From Octopus bimaculoides (lineage: Eukaryota), in assembly GCF_001194135.2 (NCBI RefSeq), contig NC_068988.1, positions 90,730,878 to 90,772,088 of the forward strand: a stretch of 41,211 nt of DNA, written 5' to 3'. The position numbers and the translations under genes are program-made. Every line of letters begins with the position of its first letter. The stretch's first letter is position 1. The notes under the pieces were generated by a model. That model was not told where the DNA came from, made no database searches, and saw nothing but the letters and a program-made list of their open reading frames with translations. This document shows, in pieces, positions 11,758-22,294 of this stretch.

Positions 11758-13997
11758 AGGTGGCCAGCTGGCAAAATCGGTTGCATATTAGGGTAAATGC
11801 TTTCTTATGGCCCTTTATGTTCTGAAGTGAAATCTCACCAAGGTCAGCTTTGCTTTAATCCTTTTTAGAACATGTAAAGCTGGATACTTTTGCCAATCCA
11901 CCAGCACTACCATATCAATGGTTTCAAATTTTGGCCCAGAACCAATAACAGTAGCTTTTGAAAGGAGGGGAAATTTGATGACATCAGCCTCAATACTCCA
12001 CTGGTACTTATCTCACTGACCCTGAAATGACGAAAGGCGAAGTGAACCTCAGCAGAAGAATTTGAACTCAGAATCTAAAGATGGGTGAAATGCTGCAAAA
12101 CATTTCATCCGGCATACTAATTATTCTACCAGCTTGCCACCATCAACAACAACAACAATAATGATGATGATAAGCATTATTGTCTTGTTCTTTTCTCTTG
12201 CAGATGTTTGGAGTTTTGCCATATTTCTCAAATTACAGATTACTATCAGAAATATCAACGCCACTTGTTAACCAAAGGTTGGTAGTTCAATCTCTGGCTG
12301 CTGTCCAGAATTATTTCATAAATGTCTCAATCTTCATTGTCTCGGTTTGTGTATTGTTTATTGTTGGTTGTATTGTTGTTTGGTTCTGGGTCATTCCATA
12401 TGTTGTTGCAGCTACTGCTACTATTGTTATTGATGTTATCCAGTCCCAGATCAGCCTTGAAAGTGCACACCTATAACTAAGGTGTTTCAGCAGGATCTGG
12501 AGAAAGAATAATGCCCATGGGCTTTGTGGCTCTCTTAGACCAGTGATTTTGAGATCATTAATGTTCCTCTTCAACCTTTGTAAGTCAACATTTGCATGAA
12601 AAATATGAGAGAATTGCAAAGGATCAAGGTACATAGAAGGAAGGACTGGACATGGTGAATAATATGGTGCTGGGGAGGGGTTGGACATAATAAGGTGGAG
12701 ATAGCATGAGCTCAGCCAGCTCCAAAGAACAGAGGTCATAATGATAGTGTTAGAAAGGGCTGAGAGAGACAGCACAGAGGAGAAAGGGCTGAGGAGACAG
12801 CACAGAGACTGAAGCATGTTTTCAGGTGACTTTATGCCAGTTAGTCAGTTGTACCTTTTCTGGATGCAATCTTGAATGTTTGTGCTTGCAGCAAAGTCTT
12901 ACTCCCAGATGTGAGAGCAATATTCCATTGTGTGTCTCATCTGAGCTTTGTAGCAGATCTCTGATTGTTGGGAGTTGAAGTATCTTCTATTTTAGGACAG
13001 AAAAGCTAACCATTAAGATGCAGTCCTAGCAGTGCTAAGGATGTGCTTTCCCCAGAAAACACCCTCAGAGACAGTGAAACCCCAAAACTGGAGCAATTCT
13101 GAATGCTTTAGTTGAGTGCTATTTATAATTAACCCTTCGTCTGTCCAATGTGTTTTCATAAGTTTTTTTGAAATGTCCATGCATGTTTTCAGACTTAGCT
13201 AACCTCTGTTTCATGCATTCTGAGTAATGTAAAGCTTTCCATTCGTAAGTCCCAAATTACTCTGCTGGTTGAAAAAAAATATTAGAAATGTATATCATAT
13301 AAAATGCATGGATGCCAGGGAAATATGTTCTGTGTATCACATGTGATACACAGGACAGGCAGAGAGTTCAGAGTGGTGGTGTGTTGTGATGATGTGCTTG
13401 ATATGAATAGTATATGAGTTTCGGTATTGAAAGAGTCAAGCTTGGCATTCATTGTGCACACATTTTTCTATGCTGGCATAGGTTGGATGGATGCTTATTT
13501 CAGGCAGTGTTTTGTAGTGGGATGTTCTTCCTATCACTAACCCTTACCTGTTGTTTTTCTTTTATTTATTTCACTAAACTTTGAAACAGCAGTGCTACAG
13601 GATGTAATAATAATATTTTCTGTAAAATAAAGAGTTGTGTTATTCTTTGAAAATCATATGTAGATTCCCTCACAAAATAAGTTTAGGTAAAGCTAATCAA
13701 GGTTACATCATCATCACCATCATTGATTTTACATCCACTTTTCCATGCTAGCATGGGTCAGATGGAATTTTGTTAAGTTGGACTTTCTACACCTGGATGC
13801 CCTTCCTGTCACCAACTCTCACCAGTTTCTGAGAAAGGTAATATTTTCTTATAACCAGATATGTTTCCATGGAAGGTTGGGTACAAAGGACACTGCTTGC
13901 ATGATAGTGACATTCATTTGCAACTATCATATGATGTCAAGGCAAGGAGACAGTAACACTCACATGTGCACACATACATATATACATGCATATATAT

Positions 13998-14040
<43 letters not shown>

Positions 14041-16767
14041 TACACACACATATATGTATAAGGCACTGCCCAAGGACTGTAGAAGAGCTGTAGGCAGAAA
14101 CTTCACTGTGGACTAGCTAATAAGCTGGTTGGCAGAAAAAGGGACTTCAAGTTAGGCGGGAAAAGAGACTGAGACATTGGATGGTCGATGGTATTCACCC
14201 TCACAGTATGTAGCTGAATGAAGCAAAAATAAATAAGATCCTGGAAGGAATTGTGCCAAATTTTGGCATTGAAAGCTACACCAATGCCAGAACGGGATGA
14301 CACTGCATAGTGCCAAAGATCCCAGCAATGCCATCGCACTTCAGGACCAGTTACTGCAACAGTTTGGGTTTGCAGGGCCCACAGCTTTTTAATACCCTCC
14401 CAAAGAGCCTGAGGAACCTGCACAAAGTAGATGTAGGGGTTTTTAAATCAAAGCTGGACCTCTTCCTGTCGAGAGTCCCAGATGAACCTACCTCACAGCA
14501 AGAGGTGCAAATGAGGGTAGCTACATCAAGCTCCATTCTCCACCAAGTGCCACATATTGGAGGAGGCTCTCAATAATAACAGTGTAGCAAAACGGCAGTG
14601 CATCAGCATAGCCACAGCTCTCAGCTGAAACTAGAATTTAAAAAAAAAAAAATACACTGACACACTCTTGTTATTGGTTGTTTTCGGCACTCAGGATGTT
14701 CGAGCTTAGCCCGGATATAAATTTAGTAAAGTGAACATGTATTTGCAAGCTGATTTCATTTCTGCCAACTCTGACTTCAGGTATGTAATTTCAGCCAATA
14801 ACTTGGGCTCCTTTCATTAAACCTGGTCGCAGTTCATTTACTTTTGTTCAGTGTCTGGAGGTCATATTAGAGGTGCCCTGTGTCAAAAAATATCATTTGT
14901 AGCAGACGTTCTCTCGACATCATTCACACGCGCGTGACTCAGGCTCAGAAGTTACAGCCCGAGTTGTTATCTATAATCATAAAGATTAAAAGTAATTGAA
15001 ATTCAATGTTTTCTTGAAACAATAAATTACTATAGAAAGACCAAAGTTCTAGTAAGTAGGAAGGCGAACACATCACACACCCCTTCAGGTAGATGGCCCT
15101 GCTCGATCTGTAGAAAAGGTGTAGGTAGAAATTCCATAAGATATACCCGGTGTAAGCTATGGACACAAGAGGTGCAGCAACATCAAAGAAAGATTAACCG
15201 GGAAGACAGCTTTCAAGTGCAGCAGATGCACAGCGGCAATAAACACCACAGATGCTCAGAAAACAGATTCCATCACATGCCAGGAGGAGAAATTAGAAGT
15301 AGTTGATAGCTTCCACTACCTAGGTGATCAAGTCTGTAGTGGGGGTGGATGCTCAGAGAGTGTTACCACTAGAATAAGAATAGCCTGGGAAAAGTTCAGA
15401 AAGCTTCTACCTCTACTAGTGACAAAGGGCCTCTCACTCAGAGTGAAAGGTAGATTGTATGATGCATGTGTGTGAACTGCCATGCTTCACGGCAGTGAAA
15501 CATGGGCCGTGACTGCTGAAGACATGCATAGGCTCGAAAGAAATAAAGCTAGCATGATCCGCTGGATGTGTAATGTGTAAGCACCCTGAGAGAAATGTTA
15601 GACATAAGAGAGACGTTTGTGTTGGTATGGTCATGTTCTGCAGATGGACGAGGGGAGCTGTGTGAAGAAGTGCCATTCTGAAACAGTGGAAAGAATCCGG
15701 GGTAGACGGAGACCCAGTAAGACATAGGATGAGATGGTGAAGCATGACCTTCGAACGTTGGTCCTCACAGAGGCAATGGCAAAAGACCGAGACCTCTGGA
15801 GGTATGCTGTGACTGCGAAGACCCGGCAAATAAAGTGAGTCCACAGCTGTGACCTACACCAGTGTTGCATAACCAGCTCACTCAAAAGTATCGTAGGGCA
15901 ACGTGCTGTGCTTGAGGAGACCTATTGAGTCAAGTGCATCAACATCAGCAATATCAAAATCAAATCAAATAGAAATTGTAGTTGTGAGCCCCGTGCCGGT
16001 AGCACGTAAAAAGCACCATCCGAATGTGGCCGATGCCAGTGCCGCCTTGACTGGCTTCCATGCAGGTGGCACGTAAAAAGCACCATCCGATCGTGATTGA
16101 TGCCAGCGCCTCTGGCCCCTTGTGCCAGTGGCACATAAAAAGCACCCACTACACTCTTAGAGTGGTTGGCATTAGGAAGAGCATCCAGCTGTAGAAACAC
16201 TGCCAGATCAGATTGGGGCCTGGTGCAGCCTCCTGACTTCCCAGACCCCAGTCGAACCGTCCAACCCATGCCAGCATGGGAAACAGACATTAAACAATGA
16301 TGATGACGACGATTAGGATTTAAATTCCAATCTATGAAAAGTTTCTGTTCTACAATATTCTTAAAGGAACGAAAAATTATCCAGCAACTCAGGTTAATAC
16401 GAACAAGTCTGGCAGGTGTAAAAAACTAACTGGCATCTCTTGCCAAGAGTAAAGGCGACAGTCAGATTGCTGATGTTTGTTGTGCACTCCGCTATCATTA
16501 TTTGATTGCTGTTATTCTGTGTGTAAAGATCAGTTGTGTTTTGCAGGGTTGCTTTGTTTTTACCCTTAACTTAGAAATGGAGAAAGACATAGTGCTAGAT
16601 ATAAAAAAATAAACTGTTTGGGACTAGAATAAAGTAGAAAAATGTGAAATTCTTCTAGCAGGCATGTGTCTCATGCAAAATCTGTGATGAACCTGAGTGA
16701 CACTGATGACTTGGAGTTGCTTCTGATATATATATATATATATATATACATACACATATACATATAT

Positions 16768-16803
<36 letters not shown>

Positions 16804-17728
16804 NNNNNNNNNNNNNNNNNNNNNNNNNNNNNNNNNNNNNNNNNNNNNNNNNNNNNNNNNNNNNNNNNNNNNNNNNNNNNNNNNNNNNNNNNNNNNNNNN
16901 NNNNNNNNNNNNNNNNNNNNNNNNNNNNNNNNNNNNNNNNNNNNNNNNNNNNNNNNNNNNNNNNNNNNNNNNNNNNNNNNNNNNNNNNNNNNNNNNNNNN
17001 NNNNNNNNNNNNNNNNNNNNNNNNNNNNNNNNNNNNNNNNNNNNNNNNNNNNNNNNNNNNNNNNNNNNNNNNNNNNNNNNNNNNNNNNNNNNNNNNNNNN
17101 NNNNNNNNNNNNNNNNNNNNNNNNNNNNNNNNNNNNNNNNNNNNNNNNNNNNNNNNNNNNNNNNNNNNNNNNNNNNNNNNNNNNNNNNNNNNNNNNNNNN
17201 NNNNNNNNNNNNNNNNNNNNNNNNNNNNNNNNNNNNNNNNNNNNNNNNNNNNNNNNNNNNNNNNNNNNNNNNNNNNNNNNNNNNNNNNNNNNNNNNNNNN
17301 NNNNNNNNNNNNNNNNNNNNNNNNNNNNNNNNNNNNNNNNNNNNNNNNNNNNNNNNNNNNNNNNNNNNNNNNNNNNNNNNNNNNNNNNNNNNNNNNNNNN
17401 NNNNNNNNNNNNNNNNNNNNNNNNNNNNNNNNNNNNNNNNNNNNNNNNNNNNGCTCAATGGTGTGTTGTAAACATAGCAAACCCAATGATATCAGAGAAT
17501 AATTTGACATAAATGTCATTGACCTGACTATTTATAGTTTGTGTGTTGAAGTGGTTGAGATTTGGGACATTGTTGTTGTTGTTGGTGGTGGTATGGAGAG
17601 AGCTTTGTACTAGCATAAATGTATCTATATAGACACATATATACATATGTATGCGTGTGAATTTATGAATACATACATGTATATGTACCTATGTACACAC
17701 ACACACACACAATCTCTCTCTTTTTCTC

Positions 17729-17768
<40 letters not shown>

Positions 17769-17924
17769 AAACAATTTGATTCAGATTCTGAATCAAACTA
17801 TTTTGAATAATACATGTAACTCCAAATAAATGTTGAGTGCCCTTTCTTTCGTTTATCCACTCACTCATATATGTGTGTGTGTATATATACACACGCACAC
17901 ACACACACACACACATATACACTC

Positions 17925-17996
<72 letters not shown>

Positions 17997-18594
17997 ATTT
18001 ATATATATATATATGTATTTGCACATATATATATTTATTTATTTATATATGCATATGTACACATACATACATATATGTGTTGTGTATGTGCATGTGTCTA
18101 TATATATATGATTCATACATATGTATGTATGTCTTGTAGCACTAGCAGCCTCCTCACTCACCCATCCAGCTACAACCCCTACTCTACAGCGCTGCCATCA
18201 ACAGAGGACCAGGAAATGTAAAAAGGAGTACGTGTGGAGGAGAACCATTAATTTGATAAACAACTACACACATTATTGATGTATAGCTGAAATAACTCAT
18301 AGTAGCAGTTCTAAAGTCTGCTGCATCTTTTCAATAACAGCAACAACAACAACTGGAACTTTTTGTTGTTGTTGCTGTTGTTCTTGTCTATTTCTGTAGT
18401 CACTGTGTGACTGGTGTGTGTGCGTGTTCACATGTTCACATGCATGTAATTACCTACATATATATGTGTGTGCATGTGTACACTTATGTATGTATATATA
18501 CATATATATGCATATATATATATATATAGATATAGATATATAGATATATATATATATATATATATAGATATAGATATATACATATATATGTCTA

Positions 18595-18658
<64 letters not shown>

Positions 18659-19936
18659 TAGATAGACAGATAGATACAGGGTGCGATGGGTAATTTGTTG
18701 CTCTTTTATGTTTTCAATTTGGCACATGCTCATTGTTTGTCTTTGATTCTGTCAACTACACACTATAGTAGGGTCAGTTGGGCACTGTCTGTGAGAAAAA
18801 CAGCACCATGATGCAATTCACTCTGCCAGAAATTTGGAAATGACACGCTGTACTGCTTGGCATTTGTGCTGGAAACTCCAATACAAACATTTCAGAGTGT
18901 TTGGGTGTCAACCTGAGGACATGTACCGAGAGTGATTAAAATCAAACATCCAGTCAACATCATGGTGTTTGAAGTGATTATTAGTGATGGTGACATTATG
19001 CCTCCATTCATCTTCTCACATGGCCTCACACTCAACACGGCAGCCTACATCAAGTGCCTGGGGGATGTAGTGCTGCTCTGGGTCAAGAGGGCAGCTGCTG
19101 AAAGACCCCATGTCTGGCAACAGGATTCTGCACCATGTCACACAAGCAGGAGAACTCAGTCATGGCTGTCAGGCAATTTCTGCAACCACATCACCCCTAA
19201 CATCTGGCCACCTAACTCCCCAGACTGCAACCCCTTTGACTATTATAAATGGGGCACAGTTGAGTGAGAGACCAACAAAACTCTTTGCAACACCAAAGAT
19301 GAACTGAAGGCAAGGATTATAGCAGCAGTTACCAACTTAAACAAGGAGACCATCCAGAAGGGTTGCAGGACATTCCAAAGTTGTCTGGAGGCCGTGATTG
19401 AAGCCAATGGTGATTCTATTGAATAAATTTTCTCATTAGTATTTCAAGATATTTTTATGTAATTTTGATAAATATATCTGTTAAAATGAGATGTTAATGT
19501 TATTTTTATTTTTGCGTAATTTTGATGGCAGCTTATTTACCACACTCTGTATATATAATATATATATTGCAGGCTAGTGCTTAGGGAAAATTCCCTGATA
19601 ATGCTGAGCATTAAGACACCTGAAAGTCGTAGACGAGGTGAGATAACTTGCCTTGTATCAAACCAAGATTGGGGGATACCGATATTTCACCATTATTGTG
19701 GCCTATCAATCCTTAGCTTCATAAGGCCAACTTCTCAGATTCTGAGGCATATATATTCTCCTTTGGATTGTATGCCTGTCTATCACAGGGTTACTCGTTT
19801 TGCTTGCTGAGTGGTCTGGAGCTACATGAAATGAAGTGTTTTGCTGAAGAATACAATGCTTTGTTTGGTCCAGGAATCAAAACTACAGTCTTATAATCAT
19901 GAGTGTGACACCCTTATCTACCAATCCATGTGCCTT

Positions 19937-19969
<33 letters not shown>

Positions 19970-21597
19970 CTTTATTTAAAAGCAGCAAACTGTCCGATGA
20001 ACAGGAACGTGAAACTCAGAGTAACGTTTTTTTTGTTACATTTCTGCTGCTTTTAAATAAAGCATATTACTCTACCTCTGGTATTTGAGTACTCTTTTTT
20101 CCACCTTGTTGCACATTTCATGTGCTTACTCCGGTATATATATATATATATCAATGAAAAATATTTCAATACAAATGTATTAATTTCCAGCAAAATAAAG
20201 CCCTATAAGGGTATATATATATAAATTCAGAAGATCGGTACAACAAGGCACCAATATTTACTGGAAAATAGCAATCGATATAATTACGACGCTATTGTAT
20301 AGCTTCACTGCGTATATACTGGCAAAAATGCGTGTGTGCAACAAACATGAAAAATTTGTCTTACCTGTAGGAAGAACATTCGATAAATGGACAACCCAGA
20401 TAAAGGATAATGCAGGGCTGGTTTCAGACTCTTCAAATACCTTTCACAATGTAAATCTGATCAGTCTTNNNNNNNNNNNNNNNNNNNNNNNNNNNNNNNN
20501 NNNNNNNNNNNNNNNNNNNNNNNNNNNNNNNNNNNNNNNNNNNNNNNNNNNNNNNNNNNNNNNNNNNNNNNNNNNNNNNNNNNNNNNNNNNNNNNNNNNN
20601 NNNNNNNNNNNNNNNNNNNNNNNNNNNNNNNNNNNNNNNNNNNNNNNNNNNNNNNNNNNNNNNNNNNNNNNNNNNNNNNNNNNNNNNNNNNNNNNNNNNN
20701 NNNNNNNNNNNNNNNNNNNNNNNNNNNNNNNNNNNNNNNNNNNNNNNNNNNNNNNNNNNNNNNNNNNNNNNNNNNNNNNNNNNNNNNNNNNNNNNNNNNN
20801 NNNNNNNNNNNNNNNNNNNNNNNNNNNNNNNNNNNNNNNNNNNNNNNNNNNNNNNNNNNNNNNNNNNNNNNNNNNNNNNNNATATATATATAATTAGGTA
20901 AAGATAGTTTTAGCTGGTCTATGAGGTTACCCGGGGTTTCACATCCACTGGCCATTAGGGTCTGAAGAGACAATGTAAAGCTAAGTACGTTATAGACATG
21001 GAAACCCTGGGTAACCCCATTGATTGGCCAAAACTATCTTTAACTAATTACTCTACTGCTCTATAATTTAGAGTGTGCTTCTTTTTCGGATTTATGATTT
21101 ACTGATGATATATATGTGTGTGTGTGTATGTATGTATGTGTATATATATATTTTTATATATAGTTTACTGTTCCATTCAGGTAAAACCAGCAAAAAGCAC
21201 TCCATCCAGTGAGAGATAAATGTCATTTAATGTATACTGTATTAAAATAATAGAAACTAATAGTTTCCAGCATTTTAAGACATGTGATTAGGCAGGTCTT
21301 ATAACGTACCTTATGTATCCAAGCAACCTCTTAGGCTCTGAGCAGATAGTTTGTTCTATTTGAAAATCAGAATGCTGGTACATGAGAAACAGGGTTTGTC
21401 ATGTACCAGCATCCTGATTTTCAAACAGAACAAACCATGTGCTCAGAGCCTTAAGATTACTTGGAGACACAAGACATGGTATAAAACGTGCCTAGTCATG
21501 TGTCTTAGTGACAAGAAACTATTAATGGCTCATATTTTAACACAGTGTACATTAAAAGATATATACATATCATAATATAATATTTTAATAGAATATG

Positions 21598-21638
<41 letters not shown>

Positions 21639-22174
21639 ATCCTACAATTATAACATATGTTCAAGAGTATATTTTTTTTATCAGTGTAATATTACACTTA
21701 GATTAATTTACCCACTCTAATATATCCACTTTATTGACAAATATAATGAACGCTTCTTTTTTCTGACTTATGGATTTTTAATCAACTATATGTATGTATG
21801 CATGTATGTATTACTGTATTGACTAGACTGTTGGCTGTTGTTGTACACTGCTGGTTACAATGCGCTTCTCATTCTTTCTTGATAGCACCCTTCTCTTCCA
21901 TCTTGGCCCAAATCGTTTAACTAGACTACTAAGAATATACATATACGTAGAAACTCTGCCAAATCAGATTGGAGCCTGGTGTTGCCATCTGGTTTCACCA
22001 GTCCTCAGTCAAACCGTCCAACCCATGCTAGCATGGAAAGCGGACGTTAAACGATGATGATGATGATGTATATATATTCATATATACATACACATATATG
22101 TATATATATTCATATATACATACACATGTATGTATGTACCTTATATACATATATATATATAGGTGGGTGAATTT

Positions 22175-22224
<50 letters not shown>

Positions 22225-22234
22225 NNNNNNNNNN

Positions 22235-22294
<60 letters not shown>

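Noticed and set aside
16684-16726. Box C (GTGATGA) and box D (CTGA) snoRNA-like motif
   Set aside because: Only 43 nt from C to D, no terminal stem, the internal CTGA is 2 nt from box C, and no recognisable rRNA guide.
17775-17797. 11-bp perfect palindrome TTTGATTCAGA-T-TCTGAATCAAA
   Set aside because: Short, isolated and AT-rich; no supporting context.
17830-18733. [12 protein letters not shown] ORFs here and at 22028-22636
   Set aside because: Translations of dinucleotide microsatellites.
20410-20445. TTGAAGA...GAAAC motif on the minus strand
   Set aside because: Only 4 nt between the core halves, so stem II cannot form.
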